DNA from: Hyphomicrobiaceae bacterium
Lineage (GTDB): Bacteria > Pseudomonadota > Alphaproteobacteria > Rhizobiales > Hyphomicrobiaceae
Assembly (NCBI GenBank): GCA_031403055.1
Contig: JANNSW010000155.1
Span: forward strand, 1-52,197
Length of the DNA stretch: 52,197 bases
Direction of reading: 5' to 3'
The notes beneath the pieces are model-generated. The model was given only the letters and a program-made list of their open reading frames with translations, was not told the DNA's origin and did not search any database. Numbering within the stretch: position 1 is the stretch's first letter; every line of letters starts with the position of its first letter. Positions 31,821 through 39,725 of the stretch are shown in pieces. The position numbers were made by a program, and so were the translations under genes.

Positions 31821-33137
31821 CTATCTCCGCTCCACCAGGCTGGTCTTGCCGGCCGTGCGCGGCAGGGCCTCGAAGGGGAGGATGGTCGCGGCTGCACTTG
31901 CGCCGATCCGGCTGCGCAGTGCGGCTTCCAGGCGCTGGGCGATGCCGGGGAACAGCGCCGCGGCGAGCCCCTCCGCCGCCTCGGCCCGGAGCACGATCCG
32001 GTCGAAGGGGCCGGGGCCTGCGAGCACGATGCGGAAATGTCCCGAAAGCGCGTCAGCCATGCCGGCGACCACCTGTTGAACGGCCGTTGGGAACACATTG
32101 ACGCCACGCACATTGAACATGTCGTCGGTGCGGCCCGTCACGCGGAAGCGGAACGACGTCCGCCCGCAGGCGCAAGCACCCGTCCCGGTCACGGTCACCA
32201 CGTCGCGCGCGCTGTAGCGCACGAGCGGCTGGCATTCCTTCTCGAGGTGGGTAGCGACGAGCTCACCCACCGCGCCCGCCGCGACCGGCAACCTTGCCCC
32301 GCTCGCGGGATCGAGGATCTCGGCAAATACCGCATCGCCAGCGATGAAATGCAGATCGTTGCCGGACTCGCACTGGCTGCCCATGATGCTCATCACCTCG
32401 GAGAGACCGAAATTGGCGTTCCTCACCTTGAACCCCCAGGTCTGTTCCATCCGCGTGCGGAACCCGGCGTTGTCAAGGCCACCCTCGCCCCCGAACAGAC
32501 CAAGTCGCAGCCCCAGCTCACGTGGCGTCTTGCCGCCACGCTCCCGCAGCGCCTGCTCCAGCAGTGCCGGATAGGACGGCGTGGAGGAGAGGGCCGTCAC
32601 CCGCAATTCCTCGATCACGTCGAGGAGCTGCCCGGTGGCGCCGACGCCAAAGGGGATGACGGTCGCGCCGGCGGCTTCGAGCGCGAGGTGGTCGGTGACC
32701 CCGCCGGTCCAGAGCTGGTAGTTGAGGCAATGCACGACCCGGTCGCCCGGACGGAGGCCCGACGTGAAGTAGCCGCGTCCGCCGAGGCGCGCGACGATGG
32801 CGGCATCCTTTGCCGAATAGGCAATGACCATCGGACGCCCGGTCGTACCCGAGGTGCGATGGATGCGGATGATCTGCTCGGGCTCGCATGCGACATGGTC
32901 GCCGAACGGAGAGGACCGGGTTTGTGCGTCCTTCAACTCGTCCTTGGTGGTCAGGGGTAATTCTTGCAGGGTGTCGAGGTCGAAATCGCGGTGAGCGAGC
33001 GGGCCGAGCTTGTGGCGATAGAGAGCCGAGCGGGAGCGCACGAAGCTCCATTGGGTGCGCCAGAGGCGTTCCTGGTAGGCCCGCAGATCCGCGGGCTGGA
33101 TCGTCTCGATCTCGGGATGCAGCATGAGCTCCGCCAT
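31821..33137 (-). CDS. PaaK-like (phenylacetate-CoA ligase / F390 synthetase family) adenylate-forming enzyme
   Basis: IHRTSGTTGRPMVIAYS (AMP P-loop), LPLTTKDELK, GLSEVM... Start ATG 33137 or 33125; the track start, TTG 33158, would overlap the hotdog stop. Confidence 0.8.
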   Translation of the reverse strand: MAELMLHPEIETIQPADLRAYQERLWRTQWSFVRSRSALYRHKLGPLAHRDFDLDTLQELPLTTKDELKDAQTRSSPFGDHVACEPEQIIRIHRTSGTTGRPMVIAYSAKDAAIVARLGGRGYFTSGLRPGDRVVHCLNYQLWTGGVTDHLALEAAGATVIPFGVGATGQLLDVIEELRVTALSSTPSYPALLEQALRERGGKTPRELGLRLGLFGGEGGLDNAGFRTRMEQTWGFKVRNANFGLSEVMSIMGSQCESGNDLHFIAGDAVFAEILDPASGARLPVAAGAVGELVATHLEKECQPLVRYSARDVVTVTGTGACACGRTSFRFRVTGRTDDMFNVRGVNVFPTAVQQVVAGMADALSGHFRIVLAGPGPFDRIVLRAEAAEGLAAALFPGIAQRLEAALRSRIGASAAATILPFEALPRTAGKTSLVERR

Positions 33138-33154
33138 CGCAATGGTTATCCCGA

Positions 33155-33568
33155 TCAAGGGGCGAGCGAGCGTGCGGCTCGCAACATGATGCCTGCCTCT
33201 TCGACGATGGCGCGTGCGATCCGGCCTGTGCCGATGGTTCCGGCCGCATCCTCGGCGCGGACGTCGAACCAGTAGAGCGGGGCCTCGTAGGCAACGAACC
33301 TCGCATGGCAGCGGAAGGTCGCGCCCACGGCGGTCGGCGCCACATGCACGACCTCGATGCGTGCTCCCACCGAAAGCTCTCCGCCTGTGAGGAACGGCTC
33401 GAGCAGCCTGGCGCAGGCGCGCTCCAGGTGGCCGATCAGCGAGGGTGTCGAGAGGACTTCCGGATAGCGCTCGCCTGGCGCGCTTGCCAACCGCGACGCC
33501 GCCATTTCGGGCGATACCGTCAACTCGAGCGTGGTTGTCGCTCCGGCGTCAGGCGTTGATCTCGTCAT
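33155..33568 (-). CDS. Hotdog-fold thioesterase, fluoroacetyl-CoA thioesterase (FlK)-like
   Basis: Start ATG 33568 with GGAGGA upstream; VLSTPSLIGHLERACARLLEPFL..GELSVGARIEVVHVAPTAVGATF...GTGRIARAIV parallels the FlK layout as I remember it. Confidence 0.65.
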   Translation of the reverse strand: MTRSTPDAGATTTLELTVSPEMAASRLASAPGERYPEVLSTPSLIGHLERACARLLEPFLTGGELSVGARIEVVHVAPTAVGATFRCHARFVAYEAPLYWFDVRAEDAAGTIGTGRIARAIVEEAGIMLRAARSLAP

Positions 33569-33623
33569 GGTGCGTCCTCCCCGCGGTGACACTAGCCGAG
33601 AGGGAGCGGCGCCGTGAAGGGCG

Positions 33624-33824
33624 TCAATGCGCTGGGGTGCTGGGCAAATCGAGCTCGAGCCCAGCGACAAGATCGAGCTGATGGCGTGCGTCGAGCAGTT
33701 CCGTGAGCTCGGCCTCGGGGATGCGCCGTGCGCGCGCGAAATCCCATTCGATCACCAGTTGCGGGTTCTCCCGGGCGAGGATCGATCGGATCCGCTCGAT
33801 AGTCTCATTGGGGATAGGCTGCAT
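33624..33824 (-). CDS. Hypothetical small acidic protein (66 aa), first gene of the hotdog/ligase operon
   Basis: MQPIPNETIERIRSILARENPQLVIEWDFARARRIPEAELTELLDARHQLDLVAGLELDLPSTPAH. Good third-position GC, 55-nt gap to the hotdog start, no family recognised. Confidence 0.4.
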   Translation of the reverse strand: MQPIPNETIERIRSILARENPQLVIEWDFARARRIPEAELTELLDARHQLDLVAGLELDLPSTPAH

Positions 33825-34238
33825 GGGCCACGTGCCTCTCGGCGAGCAGACAGGCTTGAGGAAACGCGGACACGGGCGAAGCGCTCTCAAGTGTTGCTGC
33901 CGACGTGGCGCATCGAGCAGGCCGACACAGCGGTGATTCGCTCCAGCCAAGCAAGCAGCCGTGTTGTCCCGCGATCAGCTGGTAGTGGATGATCGAGAAC
34001 GGCGTGCACGGTCGTTCTGGCGCAGATGCAACTCGAATGGCGACGCAATAACTGGCAGATACAACTGGAGTGAACGATCGTCGCGCCCCGCGATGACGCC
34101 GCACGACTTGCTACTCCGAGCCAAGACCGGTCTTACTCTGGCCCATTTCGAGAGGTCTATTAACGTGGCATTAGCCTTGACGGTCCATCTTGGTGGGCGT
34201 TACCGTTGTTTGGGTTTCTGGTTGAAGAGGTCGCGTCG

Positions 34239-34466
34239 ATGAGCACCCTAGTCGTATCCCCCGATGATGCCCTCGTGGCCGTGCAGCCGCTGGCACGCGA
34301 AACGCGCAAAGCGTTGGAATTGGCCCGTGAGGCCCTGACCCGGGTACCCGAGCAGCCCTGGGGTGAATTCGATGGTCCCTCGATCGAGCAGATCATCGAC
34401 CGGATCGACCGCGTCCTGAAGCTCGAGCGCGAGGTCGCGAGCGAGCTCGGCATGCGCCTCAGCTGA
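34239..34466 (+). CDS. Hypothetical small protein (75 aa)
   Basis: GAAGAGG 8 nt upstream of ATG 34239; MSTLVVSPDDALVAVQPLARETRKALELAREALTRVPEQPWGEF...; predicted helical, no family recognised. Confidence 0.4.
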   Translation: MSTLVVSPDDALVAVQPLARETRKALELAREALTRVPEQPWGEFDGPSIEQIIDRIDRVLKLEREVASELGMRLS

Positions 34467-34485
34467 GCAGACTTCCGCCCCGCAC

Positions 34486-34530
34486 CCGGGATCTTCACCA
34501 AGCACACCGAGCTCGCCGCGAAGATCCCGG
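34486..34530. repeat. Perfect 11-bp inverted repeat with 23-nt spacer
   Basis: CCGGGATCTTC (34486-34496) / GAAGATCCCGG (34520-34530), read directly. Lies 20 nt after the stop of the 34239 ORF. No U-tract. Confidence 0.6.
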
Positions 34531-34804
34531 CTCGATCGGCTGGTATTAGGCTGATCCATTCCCGCTTTCCCGGCCGCAGGCGGGCTACCGGATCGATCGA
34601 TTGGCCGCCGATTTGCGCCCGCTCGAGAGCCGGGACCGAGGCCCGAGCGCGGCAGCCACCCGTCGTGCAGAAGGCGCGCGCCTTCGGCACGACGTCGGAC
34701 TCTGGGCCCCGGATGACCGCTCCGCGGTCTCCGGGGAGACGGAGTGGAGAAGCGATCGACCGCAGCTCGTATGACGGGTGGTGGTTGCGATTGCGCCCGG
34801 CCGC

Positions 34805-36121
34805 TCACATCTCCGCGCGGTCGCGGAAAGTCTCGTAGCGGCGTTTGGCGTAAAAGCCCGCTTCGAAAAACGGCGAGGGCGGCAGGCGCTTGGGCTCGCC
34901 GAACGACATCAGGTCAGCGGCGAGCGGATTGCTCTCGCCAGCCGCCATGTCGGCCGCGCAAATTCCAGAGACCGTCGACTTCGTCGCCCCGACCCCGTTC
35001 TCGCAGACGGCCGTGAAGATGTTGGGCGCGGGCTGGGCCAAGCCATGCGCGAAATTGCGCGAGAGGCAGACGAAGCCGGTCCAACTGTGCTCGATGGTGA
35101 GATCGGGTAGCTCCGGGAACCGGTCCAGCAGCAACCGCCGGTGATGGGGCATGCTCGCCTCGCGGCGCCCATCACTGGGGATATGATCGAGGCTCAGCGC
35201 AAAGCCGGCACGGATCATGATGCGGTGATCAGCGGTCAGGCGCACGGTCGGGCTCGAGGTATGGATCGCCGGGATCAGACCCCAGGGCTTGGCACACATG
35301 GTCTTGCGCTCAGCTTGGGTAAGCGGCCTCGTCAGGCTGACATGCAACGCGACCGGGAAAATCCGGTGGCGGTGGAAGCCGAAGGCTGGGGCAAATGCAT
35401 TGACGGCCAGGATCACTTTCTCCGCCTCGACCATGCCGCCGGGTGTGGTGGCACGGATCGTGGGCCCATACTCGATCTCGACAACGGGGCTGGATTCCGC
35501 CAGCAGCACATTGGCGGGCAGTGCATCGGCGAGGCCGCGCACGAGCTTGGCTGGCTGCATCAGGATGTTGTTGGGGGTCTTGAGCGCCGCGCGATAGTGC
35601 CCGGTGCCCAGCGCCTTCCTGGTCTGGGCGCTGCCGAGCAGCTGGTGGGGCTCATCGAGCATGACGAGCTCTTGCGAGAGGCGTTGCAGGCAGGCCTCGC
35701 CTTTGGGGCCGACCGCGCCGATATACATGCCGTCGCGTTGCCAGTCGCAGCGGATCTGGTGCCTCGTCACGATGTCGTCGAGGAAGCGCGTGGCGCTCTG
35801 GGAAATACGCCGGATACGCTCGGCGACCGCGATCGGCGAGACGCCCGCGGCCTCGGCCTGATGGCGGATGCCGAGGATGAAGCCCGAGTTGCGCCCCGAG
35901 GCTCCATCGCCGACAGTCTTGGCATCGACCAGCACGATACTGTCGTCGGGGCGCAGCGCGGCGTAGCGATGAGCGGCCGCGAGGCCGGCAAAGCCAGCGC
36001 CGACGACGAGGAGGCTGGCCTTGTGGCGGCCTTTGAGCGGTGGCTTGGGCTCGCGACCCGCTGCTGTCAGTTGCCAGCCGTTTCTCGTGTCGTTGAGAGG
36101 CAAGGCACGGATCTGGGGCAT
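34805..36121 (-). CDS. FAD-dependent oxidoreductase (DAO family, gamma-glutamylputrescine oxidase-like)
   Basis: 438 aa; dinucleotide fold LLVVGAGFAGLAAAHR...DGASGRNSGFI. Confidence 0.8.
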   Translation of the reverse strand: MPQIRALPLNDTRNGWQLTAAGREPKPPLKGRHKASLLVVGAGFAGLAAAHRYAALRPDDSIVLVDAKTVGDGASGRNSGFILGIRHQAEAAGVSPIAVAERIRRISQSATRFLDDIVTRHQIRCDWQRDGMYIGAVGPKGEACLQRLSQELVMLDEPHQLLGSAQTRKALGTGHYRAALKTPNNILMQPAKLVRGLADALPANVLLAESSPVVEIEYGPTIRATTPGGMVEAEKVILAVNAFAPAFGFHRHRIFPVALHVSLTRPLTQAERKTMCAKPWGLIPAIHTSSPTVRLTADHRIMIRAGFALSLDHIPSDGRREASMPHHRRLLLDRFPELPDLTIEHSWTGFVCLSRNFAHGLAQPAPNIFTAVCENGVGATKSTVSGICAADMAAGESNPLAADLMSFGEPKRLPPSPFFEAGFYAKRRYETFRDRAEM

Positions 36122-36262
36122 GGCGGCTCCGGCTTTGATCGTTGGCGGCGGCTGGCGAGCATAGAAGCGCCGCCGCCGCCTGAACAGGGCGCGATTTGCA
36201 GCTCTGGCGCGCCCGGCCTATGGTTGGGAGCTGAATGCAGCGAACACCTGGAGACGGCATCC

Positions 36263-36895
36263 TTGCGCACGCAATCCGCCGATACCGCTCTGATCGTGAT
36301 CGACGTGCAGAACGATTTCTGCCCCGGCGGCGCACTTGCCGTCACGGGCGGCGACGGGATCCTCCCCCTCGTCAACCGCATGATCGCAAGCTTCGAGCAT
36401 GTGGTGTTGACGCAGGATTGGCACTCCGCCGGCCATTCGAGCTTTGCTTCCAGCCATCCCGGCCAGCAACCGTTCTCATCGGTCGACATGCCCTACGGAC
36501 CCCAGACCCTGTGGCCAGATCATTGTGTTCAGGGCACGCTCGGCGCCGAGCTCCATCGAGGCCTGCAATGGGGGAAGGCCCAGCTCGTCGTGCGCAAAGG
36601 GTTTCGCCTGGGCATCGACAGCTACTCGGCCTTCTTCGAGAACGATCGCCGGACGCCGACGGGTCTTGCCGGCTACTTGCGCGAGCGGGGACTGGGGCGG
36701 CTGGTGCTCGCGGGGCTCGCGACCGATTTCTGTGTCGCCTATTCCGCTCTCGATGCGGCGCGCCTCGGCTTCGAGACGACGGTTGCGATCGATGCCGCGC
36801 GTGCGATCGACTTGCATGGCTCGCTTGCCGACGCGGTCGAGCAGATGCAGGGCTTGGGCGTGAAGCTGGTCGAGGCTGGCGCGGTGCCCGGCTGA
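36263..36895 (+). CDS. pncA: Nicotinamidase/pyrazinamidase PncA (isochorismatase fold), apparent TTG start
   Basis: TALIVIDVQNDFCPGGALAV, DWH..GH.SF, GLATDFCVAYSALDA (catalytic Cys). No in-frame ATG upstream of the conserved core. TTG 36263 has GGAGA 9 nt upstream; TTG 36224 is the alternative. Confidence 0.85.
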   Translation: MRTQSADTALIVIDVQNDFCPGGALAVTGGDGILPLVNRMIASFEHVVLTQDWHSAGHSSFASSHPGQQPFSSVDMPYGPQTLWPDHCVQGTLGAELHRGLQWGKAQLVVRKGFRLGIDSYSAFFENDRRTPTGLAGYLRERGLGRLVLAGLATDFCVAYSALDAARLGFETTVAIDAARAIDLHGSLADAVEQMQGLGVKLVEAGAVPG

Positions 36896-36901
36896 TCAAC
36901 G

Positions 36902-37174
36902 TCAGCGGCCGCGCTGCCAATAGAGCATCGTGACCGTGACGACGGCGGTCAGCGCCATGGTGCCGAGGATGTCGGGTCGCTGGATGAACGAGGTCCAGGC
37001 GGCGATCCCCTGCACGAAGCCCCCGCGCCCGGTCAGCACGCTGTTGAGGCCGATCACGACGAGCGAAACCGCGGCTGTCATGATGACCGCCGTCACGGCC
37101 TGCAGGACACGTTTCACCAGCTTGGGCACCGAAATCGCGTGGCGTCCGAAGGCGAGCGAGGTGCGGTCCGACAT
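36902..37174 (-). CDS. Hypothetical small membrane protein (90 aa)
   Basis: Two hydrophobic segments (VLQAVTAVIMTAAVSLVVIGL, ILGTMALTAVVTVTMLYW). Lies 110 nt downstream of psd on the same strand. Confidence 0.45.
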   Translation of the reverse strand: MSDRTSLAFGRHAISVPKLVKRVLQAVTAVIMTAAVSLVVIGLNSVLTGRGGFVQGIAAWTSFIQRPDILGTMALTAVVTVTMLYWQRGR

Positions 37175-37284
37175 GATTGGGCTCCAGCGAAGCGTGGACG
37201 ATGGCGCAGCTTAGCTGATTCGACCGCGAATGCGGCCCGAGCGAGGCTGATGCCGCCGCGCCATCGACAGAAGCGGACCCCGGA

Positions 37285-37998
37285 TCAGATCTGGCGTGCC
37301 TCGCGGGGAGCCTCGGCCGAGGCGAGGTCGGCAATGATGGTCTCGCCGGCGATGGCCCGCTGGCCGGTGGCCACGAGGGCCTGGCGTCCGGGTGGAAGGT
37401 AGATGTCGACCCGGCTGCCAAAACGAATGAGGCCGATGCGCTCTCCGGCCCCGATGCTGGTGGTGTCGGTGACGAACGACACGATGCGACGCGCGATGAG
37501 CCCCGCAATCTGGACGACCGCGATCTCCTCGCCGCCAGCGGTGGCGATCACGGTCGACTTGCGCTCGTTGTCCTCGCTGGCCTTGTCGAGGCTCGCATTG
37601 AGGAAGGAGCCGGGCATCCGCGCCGAGCGCGCCACCCGGCCGGCGACCGGCGCGCGTTGGATGTGAACGTCGAGCAACGACAACACGATCGAGACCCGCG
37701 TTCGCGCTTGGGGTCCAAAGCCGAGCTCGGGCGGCGGCGTCACCGCTTCGATCTGCGCGATCCGCCCGTCGGCGGCGGCGAGCACGAGGCCATCGCGCAA
37801 CGGGACGACGCGATCGGGGTCGCGGAAGAAGAAAGCGATGGCGATCGTGAGCAGGATCGCGAGCCAACCGAGCGGAGGCCAGAGGAACAGCAACACCAGC
37901 GCAGTGGCGGCCGCCAGCCCGACGAACTTATGCCCGTCGCGATGGATCGGCACGAACAACTCGGCGAGGCTGTCGATGAGGCCGTGGCGGTCGGTCAT
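37285..37998 (-). CDS. psd: Phosphatidylserine decarboxylase proenzyme (short form)
   Basis: Start ATG 37998: MTDRHGLIDSLAELFVPIHRDGHKF...FFFRDPDR...VHIQRAPVAG...GLIRFGSRVDIYLP (GS self-cleavage motif). Confidence 0.9.
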   Translation of the reverse strand: MTDRHGLIDSLAELFVPIHRDGHKFVGLAAATALVLLFLWPPLGWLAILLTIAIAFFFRDPDRVVPLRDGLVLAAADGRIAQIEAVTPPPELGFGPQARTRVSIVLSLLDVHIQRAPVAGRVARSARMPGSFLNASLDKASEDNERKSTVIATAGGEEIAVVQIAGLIARRIVSFVTDTTSIGAGERIGLIRFGSRVDIYLPPGRQALVATGQRAIAGETIIADLASAEAPREARQI

Positions 37999-39062
37999 GG
38001 CATTGGGGCGAGGCGTCGGAGTGCCACGCCGATCAGACGATCGTCGAGCAGCGCGAGTTTTCGTTCCGCAGCCTTCGGCCCGCCGGGCCATACGCGCAGC
38101 GCTGCCCGAACGTTGCTGACACTGGGCGCCGTGTCCTGGTGTTGCAGTATCCAATCGACGGTCGCCAGCAGCTCCATTCCCAGCGGCGATTGGAATCCTT
38201 CGATCAGATCGGTCGTTGCCTCCAGCGCCGGTCTCAGCTGGTCCATGTCAGGCGTGCTCAGATAGGCAGCGACCCGTTCCTTGGCCTCGTCCTGAAACCT
38301 AATGCCATCGAACGCTCCCGCGTCTGCAATTCGCTTCTCGCAGCAGAGGTAGGTCCCGTCCAATTCCTCCAACAAGTGACGCAATCTGTCGGCATAGGGC
38401 CCGAACCTGCTCGCCTCGAATCGGAGATCGAGCGAGGATGCCGAACCCATGGCCTTGATGTTGCGCTCGAGGAAATAGGCCAGCTTCTGCACTTCGAGCA
38501 GGGAGCACTCGATCCCGAGGATCGAGTACCGCCGCACCAGCTCCGCGACGAGGGCACCCGAGGGGGTGAGGCCCGCCTTGCCCGCTCGCTTCAAGACGGT
38601 GTGGTCATTGCGGTCGGGTTCGAAAATTTGTATCTCAATCCCCTTCAGGTCGGCCAGTGCGGCCTCGATCCGTGGGCGCACCAACGACCAATCGAGGCCG
38701 CCATTGCCGCTGCCCAATGGTGGAATTGCTATCGATCCCACGCCGGATTCGACAATGACCCGGTGGAGATCGATGAGACCCGCATCGATCCACTCCATTC
38801 TCGATGGGTTGCGCCAGTGCTCCTTGGTGGGAAAATTGATGATCCATCGCGGGCCCAATAGCTGCTGCCTGGTCGTGACGAACATGCGGCCGATCTCGAC
38901 TTGTCCAACTTTGCATGCGGCCGCGTAGGACTTGAAATTGTCCGGAAAGGCCTCCTTGAACGCGAGGGCGATGCCCTTACCCATGACGCCCACGGTGTTG
39001 ACGGTGTTGACGAGGGCTTCAGCGCCGGAGTCGAGCAAGTTGCCTCGAGTGAATCTCATCAT
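37995..39062 (-). CDS. darG: DarG-like antitoxin: N-terminal macrodomain plus C-terminal DarT-binding-type domain
   Basis: Start ATG 39062 overlaps the darT stop (ATGA). MMRFTRGNLLDSGAEALVNTVNTVGVMGKGIALAFKEAFP...GPRWIINFPTKEHWRNPSRMEWI...IAIPPLGSGNGGLDW. The stop overlaps the psd ATG (ATGA). Confidence 0.85.
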   Translation of the reverse strand: MMRFTRGNLLDSGAEALVNTVNTVGVMGKGIALAFKEAFPDNFKSYAAACKVGQVEIGRMFVTTRQQLLGPRWIINFPTKEHWRNPSRMEWIDAGLIDLHRVIVESGVGSIAIPPLGSGNGGLDWSLVRPRIEAALADLKGIEIQIFEPDRNDHTVLKRAGKAGLTPSGALVAELVRRYSILGIECSLLEVQKLAYFLERNIKAMGSASSLDLRFEASRFGPYADRLRHLLEELDGTYLCCEKRIADAGAFDGIRFQDEAKERVAAYLSTPDMDQLRPALEATTDLIEGFQSPLGMELLATVDWILQHQDTAPSVSNVRAALRVWPGGPKAAERKLALLDDRLIGVALRRLAPMP

Positions 39063-39725
39063 CGGAAATACCATCCAGGTCTGGACACCACCACCAGTGG
39101 CGGCCGATGCGATGCAACGAGTGTCTGCAGCCATGCCTGCGTGGCACCATCATAGCAAACGATTCCCAGCATCGCTTCATTTGGCAGGTGGCGGTGCACG
39201 AGAGCCTCCGCCTGGTACCGCTCGAGCTTGCCTGGATCTCCCGGATCCCGCCTGAAGTCGCGATTTCTGAGCAGGGGCCAATCGATCTGATCGAGGTCGG
39301 CCGGATCAGAAAAGAACTGTGCTGTCACCAGGTAGGCGTGCCTGTCGGTGAACAGGAAAGTCAAATGGTCCGCTGCGAGCTTCGCAATTGAGGAGACCAG
39401 CACGATGATCTCACGATTCTCACGTCGGGGAATGCCATTCCAGCCCGTTTTTATGTTGAGCAGCATCGGCGTGCGTGGCGTGAAATAGAATGGCACGTAA
39501 TCGCCGAGTGTGCCGCCTGGGAGGCATGGGACTGGATGGTTCTTTCCGCCTTTCGATCAGGTCCGGATTGCCGATGTTGACGTGATTCACGTCGAACCGC
39601 GCCCCGTTCTGCGCGTGAATTCCATTGGCGAGGAGCCAGGGAACATTGTCCCTATGCACAATCCGAAAGATGAGCGCCTTCTGGGGATCGAGAAGCAGCG
39701 GGATGGCGATCGGCTGCCTGCTCAC
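39059..39725 (-). pseudogene. darT: DarT-like (DUF4433) DNA ADP-ribosyltransferase toxin, interrupted by a 1-nt frameshift near 39536-39557
   Basis: N-terminal frame from GTG 39725: VSRQPIAIPLLLDPQKALIFRIVHRDNVPWLLANGIHAQNG..DVNHVNIGNPDLIERRK. After the shift: NHPVPCLPGGTLGDYVPFYFTPRTPMLLNI...LTFLFTDRHAY...KLERYQAEALVHRHLP...RPGWYFR. The track lists the two halves as separate ORFs (39420..39839 and 39059..39496). Confidence 0.8.

Noticed and set aside
35141-36262. N-terminal 374 codons of track ORF 35141..36895
   Set aside because: This part is antisense to the FAD oxidoreductase and shows no protein-like features. Only the last roughly 210 codons (pncA) are credible.
36372-37508. 378-aa minus-strand ORF spanning pncA, the small membrane ORF and the psd 3' end
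   Set aside because: The translation is extremely Arg/Ser/Pro-rich and it overlaps three better-supported genes.
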